Position numbers and translations under genes: made by a program
IMG/VR virus record: IMGVR_UViG_3300023180_005138
Span: 32,001-96,000 of that record
Direction: 5' to 3' (one strand)
Length of the DNA stretch: 64,000 nucleotides
Origin: a virus
In this document: in pieces, positions 9,251-19,581 of the stretch
How the letters are laid out: each line of letters begins with the position of its first letter
Position numbering within the stretch: the first letter of the stretch is position 1
Notes under the pieces: model-generated
Seen by the model: the letters and a program-made list of their open reading frames with translations, nothing else
What the model was told of the DNA's origin: nothing
Databases searched by the model: none

Positions 9251-10027
9251 ATGGCTAGGAAGCCAACAACAAACGAAATTTCAGAAACAAAAATTAGACA
9301 AGCTATCTGGATGGTAAAAGCAAATAAGACTAAAAAGTCTATTTGTGAACATCTTGGTATTGCTTACAACACAAAACGTCTCGACAATATTATTAACGAG
9401 TTTCAAGACAAAGAAAACAGACTAAAAGAGCTAAAAAAGAAACGCTCTAAAACTCCGTTTACCACAGAAGAAAAGAAAAGTATTGTAGACGATTATAATA
9501 ATGGCGAGAGTCAATCTGCCATTGCTACTCGTTTATATGCTTCTCCTCAGAGAATTAAAAACGTTCTAATCGAAATGAACGTTCCTATTCGCGCCCGATC
9601 TAAAACTGGCGAAGCAAAAGTAGATCACGTTGTTCAAGACTTAGACGTTATCTTTAAAAAAGAAGATAGAGTATTTATTCCAAAAATTAACGCTTTTGGA
9701 AAAGTAAAAGAAGTATTTGATGAAGAATGGATTGATTATCATAGACAGCCAGAACGTCGTCGATACGTAGAACTTCACGCACTAGAAGAAGCTAAGAAAC
9801 GGTATGGAGAAACGTTTGAAGGCCGTGAAGATGTACACTGGAATATTTACTGGCAATATGATAACGGAACTGAATGGAAAGAGTCTGCTATAAAGTATAA
9901 AATCGGTCAAGTAGAAAATATAATAGAAGAAACCGGTAGAGAGTACTATTCACTATTTGTAGACGGAGACTACGGACATTTTAGGAATGAAAAACGAGAA
10001 AATCTTTTCCCTGTAAAGAGTAATTAA
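9251..10027 (+). CDS. Hypothetical DNA-binding protein upstream of the helicase
   Basis: True start is likely MARKP (SD AGGAG; the track's TTG at 9200 is the -35 box). HTH-like segment FTTEEKKSIVDDYNNGESQSAIATRL. Confidence 0.6.
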   Translation: MARKPTTNEISETKIRQAIWMVKANKTKKSICEHLGIAYNTKRLDNIINEFQDKENRLKELKKKRSKTPFTTEEKKSIVDDYNNGESQSAIATRLYASPQRIKNVLIEMNVPIRARSKTGEAKVDHVVQDLDVIFKKEDRVFIPKINAFGKVKEVFDEEWIDYHRQPERRRYVELHALEEAKKRYGETFEGREDVHWNIYWQYDNGTEWKESAIKYKIGQVENIIEETGREYYSLFVDGDYGHFRNEKRENLFPVKSN

Positions 10028-11427
10028 TGGCACTAGACTTACAAAAACTTGCTATCCGAAGATTGTTGGATGGCAAAGACCCTGATTTTTATTCTAAATT
10101 AACCCCTGTGTACTTCACAGGGGCTAATTCTGCTTTGTTCAATAGAGTTCAAACATTTTACAAAGCTAATATTAGAATTCCAACTTTAGATGAGTTTCAG
10201 GTATTAAAGAAAGAATCCTCTCTTCAAGAGTATTTTGATACTCAAATTCTTGATGAAGATAATAAATATGATGAAGTTGCAGATGAATTTTTGGTCGGGC
10301 AACTACAGGATTACTATATCCGAGAAGAAACTATTGGATTCTTAGACAAATTTATTAATGATTTATCAGAACTAGAAAAAGTAGAAATAGTAGATCAACT
10401 ACAAACTCATTTATTAAATCTAAATAAGGCTCTTCCAATGACGGACGAGCTTTACGATGTTGCAGATCTAGATTTCTTTCCAAATCCTGATGATTTTATA
10501 TTACATCCGTCTGGATTAAGTGCTGAGTATGACTCTGCAAATGGAGGGCTTGCGCTACAAGAACTGGTATTACTTGGAGGGCGTCGAGGCTCTGGTAAAT
10601 CTATTATAAGTTTAAATCTAGCTATAAATAGGTTTTTACAAGGTAATACTATTGCATTTTTTACAATCGAAATGCGATATAAAGAAGTTTATGATCGTCT
10701 ACTAAGTATTCTTAGTGGAGTTCCTTTTCTATCTATTTTTAAGAATGAACTATCTAATGATCAAAAACTATCCCTTGTAAAAGCAAAGATTGATAATTTT
10801 TATGCTAAAGATTCAGTCATTGATGATTGGTACAAAGAATTATATTCTACAAAAGATTTTAAGAAGTTTGAGAAACGAGTAAAGTCGGAAAAACCTCCTT
10901 TACGAGACAATAGATTTTTTATTATTGATGATGAAGGACTGACCCTTAATCGTATTGATCATTATTGTAATATGTTTTCTAATCAATATGATAAATTTAA
11001 TATGGCTGTTGTAGATTATATTAATATTATTAAACATGACGACTCTAAAGACTGGAAAACACAAATTGTATTAGCAGAAGCTTTAAAAGGTATGAGTCGT
11101 AAATTTAATCTTACAATGCTGTCTCCTTATCAGATTGACGCAACTGGTGAAGCCCGATTTGCTAAAGGTATTCTTGATAGTGCAGATAGAAGTTTCGCTT
11201 TCTTTCCAGCAAAAGAAGGAGATGATAGAGCGCAAGAAAATAAGCTACAGATTCATACAACAAAGATTCGTAATGGTAAGCATATGAGTTTTGATGTTTA
11301 TATGGATTGGGCTTGTGTAAAAATTGACCCATCTCAAAGTCAGTCTATTAATGCCGCTCCGCATCGTGGAGCAATGTACGGAGACGATGAGAACGGAAAA
11401 TCATCAGAAGTGAGTCGCGACCTATGA
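10027..11427 (+). CDS. Replicative DnaB-like helicase (T5 D6-like)
   Basis: Walker A GGRRGSGKS, FFTIEM, VVDYINII, LSPYQID and KIRNG motifs. Confidence 0.9.
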   Translation: MALDLQKLAIRRLLDGKDPDFYSKLTPVYFTGANSALFNRVQTFYKANIRIPTLDEFQVLKKESSLQEYFDTQILDEDNKYDEVADEFLVGQLQDYYIREETIGFLDKFINDLSELEKVEIVDQLQTHLLNLNKALPMTDELYDVADLDFFPNPDDFILHPSGLSAEYDSANGGLALQELVLLGGRRGSGKSIISLNLAINRFLQGNTIAFFTIEMRYKEVYDRLLSILSGVPFLSIFKNELSNDQKLSLVKAKIDNFYAKDSVIDDWYKELYSTKDFKKFEKRVKSEKPPLRDNRFFIIDDEGLTLNRIDHYCNMFSNQYDKFNMAVVDYINIIKHDDSKDWKTQIVLAEALKGMSRKFNLTMLSPYQIDATGEARFAKGILDSADRSFAFFPAKEGDDRAQENKLQIHTTKIRNGKHMSFDVYMDWACVKIDPSQSQSINAAPHRGAMYGDDENGKSSEVSRDL

Positions 11428-12305
11428 ACATGATTGATGTTTTAGAGCAGCACGGATTAAACTATGAAAAAACTAATAATCCAATAGAAATTGTTTTACA
11501 ATGCACTTCTGGTAATCATGCAGATAACAGACCAAGTATGATGTATAACTTAGATAAAGATATATTTCATTGTTGGTCCTGCGGTTTCAAAGGAACAAAA
11601 CGTCGTTTTCTACAAAGTATTGGTATAAATACCGATATACCTTTTGATAGTAAACAGCCTTTTAAAATTCAAAAATTACGCGATAAATTAAATGAAGTAA
11701 TGTTTGAAGATAATATGACAGTTCCAGAGGATGCTCGGTCTGTTAACGGAACTGTACGCAATATCAGTGCTACCACCTTAAAAGATTTTGAAGCTTTCTT
11801 TACTGAGAAGCTTGGGCTAGAAGATTATATTTGCTTTCCTGTATCACAATTTGGTAAAATAAGATTTATAGAAGGTAGAAACAGATTTGCAAAATCTGAG
11901 AAACCAAAATATTATCGTCGTCCTGCTAAAGCTAGATCATCAGATATACTTTTTCCGTTGGATAAGATAAAAAACAAATCACAACTTATCTTAGTAGAAG
12001 GTTTATTTGATATGCTAAATATGTGGGACAAAGGTTATACCAATACCGTATGCGTATTTGGTGCAACTAACTTCAGTACTCCTAAACTGGAAGTTCTTGA
12101 TAAAATTGGAACAACTTTTGTTGAGATACTATTTGATGGAGATGCTGCAGGAGTATCTGGTGCAAACAAAATAGCAAACCTTTTAGAAAGACGATTTATA
12201 CAGTCAAAAATTATTAAACTACCGTCTGGTAAAGACCCAGGCGACTTAACACAAGATGAATTAAACATGATATTACCAAAGGATAGATATAAAAATGTCA
12301 AATAA
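11424..12305 (+). CDS. DNA primase (Zn finger plus TOPRIM)
   Basis: C..GNH.D..PS...HCWSCG zinc finger; LVEGLFD and FDGDAAG TOPRIM motifs. Confidence 0.92.
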   Translation: MNMIDVLEQHGLNYEKTNNPIEIVLQCTSGNHADNRPSMMYNLDKDIFHCWSCGFKGTKRRFLQSIGINTDIPFDSKQPFKIQKLRDKLNEVMFEDNMTVPEDARSVNGTVRNISATTLKDFEAFFTEKLGLEDYICFPVSQFGKIRFIEGRNRFAKSEKPKYYRRPAKARSSDILFPLDKIKNKSQLILVEGLFDMLNMWDKGYTNTVCVFGATNFSTPKLEVLDKIGTTFVEILFDGDAAGVSGANKIANLLERRFIQSKIIKLPSGKDPGDLTQDELNMILPKDRYKNVK

Positions 12306-14523
12306 TGTAGCTTTTGTTTTTGCATCTACTTCTGAAAAAGACCCTCAGATTATGAGTAAGTATTTTGAAGAAGAGTTTGATGTACATTTCCTATGCTCAA
12401 AACCTAAAGATAAAATTCTAAAGAAAGATATTGATTTAGACTTGTCAGTTCTTGACGAGTATAAAGTAGTGTGTCCTGTTGGTGCAGAACCTCTAAAATA
12501 CGTAGCTGGTTTAACTGGTATTACAAAATATAATGGTATGTTTATTGAGAAGAAATGGTTACCATTTCTTCATCCTAACATGACAGTTTTCAAACCTCAA
12601 TATGAGGATGAAATCCTAAAAGCTACTATTCAACTTAAGAAAGTTCTATCTGGAGAAATTGACTCTAATATTCAAGAAAAAAACTATGTGTATATAGACT
12701 CACAAAAAGAATTAGATACTGTAATGGATAAGTTTATGTCTGCCGACCCTCTAATTGTAGATATTGAAACTTCAAGCCTATCCCCCAGAACTGGTAATGT
12801 GATTGGTATTGCTTTATCAACACAAGCACACGAAGGCTATTATATACACTCAGATCTAATAACAAATAACAAAGACTGGTTTCATAAACTGTTTGAGACT
12901 CGTAAATGTGTCCTTCATAATGCAAAATTTGATATGAACTTTCTTCAATATGAGTTTGGATTTGAGTTTCCAGACTTTGAAGACACAATGCTTATGCATT
13001 ATTGTCTAGAAGAATCTGTAGGTACACACGGTCTTAAACCCCTAGCTCTAAGATTTACTGATCTTGGAGACTATGAACGTGAGCTTGATGAGTACAAGAA
13101 AACTTTTGCGCGTAAAAACAAGATCAAACTAGAAGACTTTAATTATGGTATGATTCCAACAGACATTCTCGCTCCATATGCTGAGAAAGATGCCGATGCT
13201 ACATATCAACTGTGGAACAAGTTCAATCCACTAATTAGTAAAAATAAAGAGTTTTCTTATCTTTACAATAAGATTCTAAAACCTGCTACACTTGCTCTTA
13301 TGAGACTAGAGCATAATGGCGGTCCTATTGATATGGATAAGCTATCTTCTATAGAAGAAGAGTATAAAATTGATATAGAAGAATGTTTAGCTGAGATTGA
13401 ATTGCACGAAGATGTTAAAACTTTTGAACGTCTTCATAATAAAACATTTAATCCAAATAGTACTCAACAATTACAAGAACTTTTCTTTAAGATTATTAAA
13501 CTTAAACCTACCAAAAAAACTGCAACAGGTGCTTGGTCTGTTGATAAAGAAGTTCTTGCCGAGTTAAAACATCCACTATCTCAGGCTATTCTTGATCTTC
13601 GTGAAAAGAATAAGCTTCTAAATACCTATATTTCTAGTATTAGAAATGGTGTTGACCAAGATTTACGACTCCGTAGCGGATTCAATATTCATGGAACTAC
13701 TTCTGGACGACTGTCTAGTTCTGGTGTTCTAAATTATCAAAATATTCCAAGAGATAATAAAGATGTAAAAAAACTGTTTAAAGCACGCCCTGGATATAAA
13801 ATTGTTCAAGGAGACCTTGGAACCGCAGAAGTTTATATTGCAGCCGCACTAAGTAACGATCAGTTCTTACAACGAGCGTTTAAAGAAAAACTAGACTTTC
13901 ACTCTTATGTTGCAAAGCAGATTTTTAATCTACCTTGCGAAGTGAACGAAGTTAAAAGTGCGTTCCCAGATAAGAGACAACACGCAAAAGCTATTACCTT
14001 CGGTATTATGTATCAAGCTGGTCCGGCAAAAATTGCAGAAACTGCCGATGTAACACCTACAGAGGCTAAATCTTTTATCGCAAAATATTTTAGAGAAGCC
14101 TATGCCCTAAAATCTTATATTGATGATAGTAACTCTCAAATTGAGAATAATGCTTTTATCTATAGTTTCTTCGGGCGTAAACGTAGATTACCAGAATCGC
14201 GCTCTCCAAATCGTGGTGTAGCACAACATGCAATTCGTTCTGGTGTTAACTTCTTAGTTCAGAGTGTGGCTTCTGATATTAATATTTTTGGTTTAATCGA
14301 CTTAATTAAGTGGATTGATGATAATGAGTATCAAAATGATATTCTACCCTTTACAGTCGTACATGACTCTATTGTTGCAGAAGTTAGAGAAGATTTAATT
14401 GACTTATATATTTCTAAGACAAAAGAGTTTATTCAGATTGATAGAGGTTGCTCTATTGAAGACTGTCCTATTGGAATGGACTTCGAAGTAGGGCCTAGTT
14501 GGGGAGAACTCAACGATTATTGA
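12295..14523 (+). CDS. polA: Family A DNA polymerase with 3'-5' exonuclease
   Basis: ExoI DIET, ExoII HNAKFD, ExoIII YAEKDAD; motif A DLGTAE, motif B RQHAKAITFGIMY, motif C VHDSI. Confidence 0.95.
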   Translation: MSNNVAFVFASTSEKDPQIMSKYFEEEFDVHFLCSKPKDKILKKDIDLDLSVLDEYKVVCPVGAEPLKYVAGLTGITKYNGMFIEKKWLPFLHPNMTVFKPQYEDEILKATIQLKKVLSGEIDSNIQEKNYVYIDSQKELDTVMDKFMSADPLIVDIETSSLSPRTGNVIGIALSTQAHEGYYIHSDLITNNKDWFHKLFETRKCVLHNAKFDMNFLQYEFGFEFPDFEDTMLMHYCLEESVGTHGLKPLALRFTDLGDYERELDEYKKTFARKNKIKLEDFNYGMIPTDILAPYAEKDADATYQLWNKFNPLISKNKEFSYLYNKILKPATLALMRLEHNGGPIDMDKLSSIEEEYKIDIEECLAEIELHEDVKTFERLHNKTFNPNSTQQLQELFFKIIKLKPTKKTATGAWSVDKEVLAELKHPLSQAILDLREKNKLLNTYISSIRNGVDQDLRLRSGFNIHGTTSGRLSSSGVLNYQNIPRDNKDVKKLFKARPGYKIVQGDLGTAEVYIAAALSNDQFLQRAFKEKLDFHSYVAKQIFNLPCEVNEVKSAFPDKRQHAKAITFGIMYQAGPAKIAETADVTPTEAKSFIAKYFREAYALKSYIDDSNSQIENNAFIYSFFGRKRRLPESRSPNRGVAQHAIRSGVNFLVQSVASDINIFGLIDLIKWIDDNEYQNDILPFTVVHDSIVAEVREDLIDLYISKTKEFIQIDRGCSIEDCPIGMDFEVGPSWGELNDY

Positions 14524-14544
14524 GGGGGGAAGAGAGAATGACTA

Positions 14545-14997
14545 TTGAGAAATATATTACTAGCCTTAATATTATTTTTAATTCCCAAACAAATTAAAGC
14601 AAATGAAGCTTTGAACGAAGCTAGATCTTGGTTAGGGTATCACGAAAGAAAAAATAGAGTATCTTTAAAAAATTTTTTAAAGATAGACCCTGTAAGAGTA
14701 GAGTGGTGTGCTGCTTTTATGAACTCTGTTTTAAAAAAAGCAGGATATAAAAGCACTAATAGCTTAATGGCTAGAAGCTATTTAAGATATGGTAAAAAAA
14801 CTAGAAAACCAAAAGTGGGAGATATAGCTATCTTTAAAAGAGGTAGAAGTAGAATAACAGGACACGTTGCTTTCTATTTAGGTACTGAAATTATTAATGG
14901 TAAAAAGTTTATCAAAGTACTAGGAGGCAATCAAGATAAAAAAGTTAGTATTACTTTATTGCCTTACAAAAGACTGTTAGCATATAGGACATATTAA
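14545..14997 (+). CDS. TIGR02594-family NlpC/P60-CHAP-like peptidoglycan hydrolase with signal peptide
   Basis: WCAAFMN, SLMARSY, GDIAIFKRG..GHVAFY and VLGGNQ; hydrophobic N-terminus MRNILLALILFLIP. Confidence 0.85.
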   Translation: MRNILLALILFLIPKQIKANEALNEARSWLGYHERKNRVSLKNFLKIDPVRVEWCAAFMNSVLKKAGYKSTNSLMARSYLRYGKKTRKPKVGDIAIFKRGRSRITGHVAFYLGTEIINGKKFIKVLGGNQDKKVSITLLPYKRLLAYRTY

Positions 14998-15444
14998 ATG
15001 AATCTAATTGATACTACAGATGATAGGTTATATGCAACTTGTAACCATGTTGCTAAACCAGAATCTTTAAGTATAAAAATGCTTAGAGATAAAATGATTA
15101 AAGTTATGAAAAAAGAAAAAGGCATAGGATTAGCGGCTACTCAAGTAGGTAGGTCCGAGGCTATTTTTATTATGTATAAAGAAGGAAGAATCATAACTTG
15201 TTTAAACCCTGCTATTTCTTGGCAGTCAGACGATGTGGTAGAAATGAAAGAAGGATGTGTTAGCTTTCCTAATATGTTCGTTAACCTGTGGCGTCCTTCT
15301 AAAATTATTGCAGAATATACTGATATTAGAGGAAAAAGAATAACTGAAAAAATGGAAGGTATAGAAGCGAGATGTTACCAACATGAGCTTGATCATTTAA
15401 GTGGTATCACTTTTATCCATAGACAAAATGAACAAGTTCAGTAA
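14998..15444 (+). CDS. def: Peptide deformylase
   Basis: GIGLAATQVG, EGCVS and QHELDHL signature motifs. Confidence 0.95.
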   Translation: MNLIDTTDDRLYATCNHVAKPESLSIKMLRDKMIKVMKKEKGIGLAATQVGRSEAIFIMYKEGRIITCLNPAISWQSDDVVEMKEGCVSFPNMFVNLWRPSKIIAEYTDIRGKRITEKMEGIEARCYQHELDHLSGITFIHRQNEQVQ

Positions 15445-15937
15445 GTTAAATTTTCCTATTTTCGGGTTAAAAACTGTTGTAGACTTTAATTTTACTATTA
15501 ATGAAATATTTACTACAATAAATGGACAAAAATATATCGTAGATGATAAATCTATTAATAATCCATCTTATTTAAGTAGATTAATAGAGTTAGACTCTAG
15601 AAAAAAGTATCAAAGACTAAAATTTGACTATACTATTAGAAATATGGAAGAATTATTAAAATCTGATTGTAAAGTAGGAATTGATGAGCTAGGAAACATT
15701 AGATATTTTGATGTAAAAGAACAATTTAAATATTCTGAGCGAAAAATAGTCAAAAATAGAAATAAACACTTTTGGTTTGATAAAATAAGCTACCCTTTTA
15801 CCTTAGATTTAGAGAATATAGAAAAAATTGCTGAAGATTACAAATACTATTATGGAAAACTAACATATATTAACAGAAATTGGTATTTTTTAGGTTTTTC
15901 TGATGAAAAAGGCACTAAAGATAAGATATGGATATAA
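15428..15937 (+). CDS. Conserved T5-like hypothetical protein (between pol and D10)
   Basis: Likely start is MNKFSKLNFPIF (ATG 15428); IVDDKSI...YLSRL..L pattern and position are as in T5-like phages. Confidence 0.6.
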   Translation: MNKFSKLNFPIFGLKTVVDFNFTINEIFTTINGQKYIVDDKSINNPSYLSRLIELDSRKKYQRLKFDYTIRNMEELLKSDCKVGIDELGNIRYFDVKEQFKYSERKIVKNRNKHFWFDKISYPFTLDLENIEKIAEDYKYYYGKLTYINRNWYFLGFSDEKGTKDKIWI

Positions 15938-17013
15938 ACAAAGACACTTTTTGCTCTCGTCCTTTTAATGAAATTAATATTGATATATATGGAGGTATTA
16001 GCCCTTGTTGTACCATGTATGGTAAGCCTTATCAATCTATAAATAACTATTTAAACAGCGATTTTCTAAAAGATTTAAAAAAAGACCTTACTACAGGAGT
16101 TAAAAGTACCTCGTGTTTTAGATGCTGGATACACGAAAACAGAGGAACTTGGTCAAATAGAGAACTTAATGAGATAAAAGACTCTATAAACTATGCACAT
16201 ATAAAGTTTTCTAATAAATGTAATTTGAAATGTCTAATGTGTAGTAAATACCATTCCTCAGCAATTGGACAAGAAGAAACTGGTAAAACAAACATAGTTA
16301 ATGCGTTTGATAATAATGTTTTAAAAGAAGATTTTTACAATAATATACTTCCTAAATTAGAAATAGCATGTATAAGTGGAGGTGAGCCTTTTTTATCAGA
16401 GGATCATTTGCATTTTCTACTACATGCTCATAAAGTTAACCCTGATTTGATGTTAATATATAATTCTAATGTTACAACTTCTAGTTATAAAGGTTATAAT
16501 TTTGTAGATTTATGGAAAAAATATAAACAAGTATGGGTATCCCCGTCGGTTGATGGGTTTGGTAACATTCAAGAATATCAGAGATATGGAAGTAAATGGG
16601 AGATAATAGAAGAAAATCTACTTTATTTTAAAAATTATATAAATTTTATACATTGCTGCGTATCAATCTATAATATTAGTAATATTACAAAATTAATTAA
16701 CTGGTGTGTTAAACATGATACTAAAATAAGGTTTTTCTACGTAAGTGATCTTTGGCTAGACGCAATTACACTACCAAAGTTAGAAAAGAAATTAATTATT
16801 GAAGAATATAAACAATTAAAAAATATTCCAGAAGATTTACAATTAGAAATAAAAAATAATATACTAGTACCTTTATTAAATGAGGTTCCAGAGAAGTATA
16901 GGATAGAAAATAATAAAAAATTTAAAGAACACACAAAAAAGAAAGATAGGATTAGAAATAAATCTTTTATAGAAGAAGTTCCTTTATTGAAAGAATGGTA
17001 TGAAAAAATATGA
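15928..17013 (+). CDS. Radical SAM protein with N-terminal twitch/SPASM-like Cys cluster
   Basis: SNKCNLKCLMC (CX3CX2C), ISGGEPFL; N-terminal FCSRPF...PCC...CFRCW. Confidence 0.88.
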   Translation: MDINKDTFCSRPFNEINIDIYGGISPCCTMYGKPYQSINNYLNSDFLKDLKKDLTTGVKSTSCFRCWIHENRGTWSNRELNEIKDSINYAHIKFSNKCNLKCLMCSKYHSSAIGQEETGKTNIVNAFDNNVLKEDFYNNILPKLEIACISGGEPFLSEDHLHFLLHAHKVNPDLMLIYNSNVTTSSYKGYNFVDLWKKYKQVWVSPSVDGFGNIQEYQRYGSKWEIIEENLLYFKNYINFIHCCVSIYNISNITKLINWCVKHDTKIRFFYVSDLWLDAITLPKLEKKLIIEEYKQLKNIPEDLQLEIKNNILVPLLNEVPEKYRIENNKKFKEHTKKKDRIRNKSFIEEVPLLKEWYEKI

Positions 17014-17810
17014 CAATAAACCACTTGATTACACTAAATAATTGGAGCATAAATACTTTTAACAGGTTTTTTATAACTGTAGATGAGTTTAGAAAAAATA
17101 GATTTATGCCTCATACTAGTAATAAAATAGTCGCAAATTTATTTTATGAGCCTTCCACTAGAACAAGCTCTAGTTTTTACGCGGCTGCTAAAAAAGTCGG
17201 GGCTGATGTTATCTCTATTAACAACGTTAACTACTCAAGCGTAGCAAAAGGAGAAACTTTAGAAGACACTATAAGGACTTTAGCCTGTTATAGTCAAATT
17301 ATAGTACTTAGGCACCCGGAAATTGGAGCAGCAAAGCGTGCAGCTAATATTTCTCCAGTTCCAATTATAAATGCTGGTGACGGAGCAGGAGAACACCCGA
17401 CACAAACACTATTAGACCTATATACTATATATAAAAACTTTGGAAAAATAGAAGATTTAAAAATCGCGTTCGTTGGAGATAATAAAAATAGCAGAACAGT
17501 GCATTCTTTAGGTAAGGTTTTAGAAAAATGCGCTGAAGTTTACTATTGTGATGATTATTCTGTTGATAATATACCAGAATCAGACATATATTACTTAACA
17601 AGAGTACAAAAAGAGCGAGGAAGCTCTGGTAGTTATGAATTAACAAAAGAACATATTGATAAATTACCAGAAAAATGTATAGTTATGCACCCATTTCCTA
17701 GAAATGAAGAAATTCCTCAGTGGTTTGATAGCGATCCAAGAGCAAAATACTTTGAGCAAATGTCAAATGGGCTTTATGTCAGAATGGCAATACTTTATGA
17801 GAGACTATGA
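17010..17810 (+). CDS. pyrB: Aspartate carbamoyltransferase catalytic subunit
   Basis: FYEPSTRTSSSF, IIVLRHP, INAGDGAGEHPTQTLLD, YLTRVQKER and MHPFPRNEEI. Confidence 0.95.
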   Translation: MTINHLITLNNWSINTFNRFFITVDEFRKNRFMPHTSNKIVANLFYEPSTRTSSSFYAAAKKVGADVISINNVNYSSVAKGETLEDTIRTLACYSQIIVLRHPEIGAAKRAANISPVPIINAGDGAGEHPTQTLLDLYTIYKNFGKIEDLKIAFVGDNKNSRTVHSLGKVLEKCAEVYYCDDYSVDNIPESDIYYLTRVQKERGSSGSYELTKEHIDKLPEKCIVMHPFPRNEEIPQWFDSDPRAKYFEQMSNGLYVRMAILYERL

Positions 17811-19099
17811 ACAAAATTAACATAAAATCAGCAACAATTACAGATAAAATATACATAAAAGAAGAAGATATTCAAGATATTTCTGCTTTTGAACAAGCAT
17901 ATACATATCAAATTGTTGATGATTTTCACTATACCTATGAATATGACGAAGATACTGGAATATATACTGTTCCTAGCAATTCTTATGCTAAATTAGATAT
18001 AGAAACTGTTGAAGACTTAAGAAATTTTGAAGATTCTGAGAAAAAATTTGAATTTAAAGGGCAATTAAGAGAAGAACAGCAAGATATGGTAGATGCTTTC
18101 TTCCAAATCAAGGACAGGGTGCGTAGTGGACTATTCCAAGCACCTTGCGGCTGGGGTAAAACCTATGTAGGATGCAATCTTTTAGCCCGTGCTAACAAAC
18201 CCACTTTAATTTTAGTTCACACAAAGCTACTTTTTAGACAATGGATTGAAGAGTTAGAAAAACAAATACCAGGAATAAAAATTGGTCGAGTTGGAGACGG
18301 TCTTTTAGATATTCAAGACATTACAGTAGGCATTTATAAAAGTGTATTGAACAATATTCCTCAACTACATGATAAGTTTGGTCTTCTAATGGTTGACGAA
18401 GCTCATTTATGTCCTGCAGATATGTTCTCTCAAGCAGTAAATGCTATAAATTGTAGAGCAAAAATAGCTATTACAGCTACTCCTCGTAGAAAAGATGGAA
18501 AACATATAGTTTTAGACGACTATTTTACCACATTTAAGTCATATGCGTATGACCCACGAGTTCTTGCAACTCCAAAAGTTGAAATATACCAAACAGCTAT
18601 TAGATTTAATGTGGTTGACCCAAAACGAGATTGGAGTAGGCAAACTAACTCTCTAGCAAAAAATTCACAATTGCGCCGGCTGGTAGCTGAAAAAGCCATA
18701 TCAAAAGTGAGTGGAGGTCGCTGTATACTCATTTTAGGAGAACGTCTAGATTGGCTTCGTGAGTTAAATAAAATTATACCTGAATCAGTTCTTTTAATTG
18801 GAGAAACTGGGGAAGAACAACGTAAAGAAATATTAGATAACGTAGGTACAAAGTATAAAGTAGTTTTAACAACTAAGTTATTTGATGAAGGCATTAGCTG
18901 TCATAGACTTGATACTTTATTTTTAGTATTTCCTTCTAATAATCCCATAAAACTGGAACAAAGAATTGGTAGAATTATTAGAGAACATCCCGAAAAGAAA
19001 CGTCCTCTTATTTGTGATTTTTGGTTAACAGGACCGATAGTACAAAAACAACAAACTAATAGAAGAAACTGGTATATACAAAGAGGGTACTCTCTATGA
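17807..19099 (+). CDS. SF2 DNA helicase (T5 D10/UvsW-like)
   Basis: APCGWGKT, VDEAH, TATPRRKDG and EQRIGRIIR. Confidence 0.92.
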   Translation: MNKINIKSATITDKIYIKEEDIQDISAFEQAYTYQIVDDFHYTYEYDEDTGIYTVPSNSYAKLDIETVEDLRNFEDSEKKFEFKGQLREEQQDMVDAFFQIKDRVRSGLFQAPCGWGKTYVGCNLLARANKPTLILVHTKLLFRQWIEELEKQIPGIKIGRVGDGLLDIQDITVGIYKSVLNNIPQLHDKFGLLMVDEAHLCPADMFSQAVNAINCRAKIAITATPRRKDGKHIVLDDYFTTFKSYAYDPRVLATPKVEIYQTAIRFNVVDPKRDWSRQTNSLAKNSQLRRLVAEKAISKVSGGRCILILGERLDWLRELNKIIPESVLLIGETGEEQRKEILDNVGTKYKVVLTTKLFDEGISCHRLDTLFLVFPSNNPIKLEQRIGRIIREHPEKKRPLICDFWLTGPIVQKQQTNRRNWYIQRGYSL

Positions 19100-19557
19100 G
19101 TTTTTACTTTAACTGGTATGAGTTGCTTAAAAAATCCAAAAAGGATTACGATTCAATAATCGTATTGACATATGCTTCTACTTTTGGATATAATAAGAAA
19201 ATTGCAAATAGCTCGTTAGAATTAGTAAAAAAACTATATGTTCATAGAATACCAAACTGGTTAAATTCTAGTTTAATAACAAATAGAAGTTTTGAAATCT
19301 TTAATAATTATAGAGTTGAAGAACCTCAAAGCTATTTTAGAAATCCATCATTTCTCAAAACTGTTACACCAGTAACACATAAAATACAATACTTATGGTT
19401 GCTTTCGCACAGAAGAAATGATGATAAAAACCCATTTATTAACAGAGACTTTTTTAAGTTAAAAGAAATAGATGGTATAAAAAGTAACCCATTTATAAGT
19501 ATTGACAAAGATAAGATAAATTTTATCTTAGAAAATACCTACACACAAAGAACATAG
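19096..19557 (+). CDS. Conserved T5-like hypothetical protein (between D10 and D11)
   Basis: Syntenic position; QYLWLLSHRR pattern. Confidence 0.6.
   Translation: MSFYFNWYELLKKSKKDYDSIIVLTYASTFGYNKKIANSSLELVKKLYVHRIPNWLNSSLITNRSFEIFNNYRVEEPQSYFRNPSFLKTVTPVTHKIQYLWLLSHRRNDDKNPFINRDFFKLKEIDGIKSNPFISIDKDKINFILENTYTQRT
19165..19194 (+). promoter_or_regulatory. Intragenic perfect-consensus sigma70 promoter upstream of D11
   Basis: TTGACA-N18-TATAAT inside the 19096-19557 ORF. Confidence 0.7.
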
Positions 19558-19581
19558 TTCAACAAGAAAGGAAACACTATT

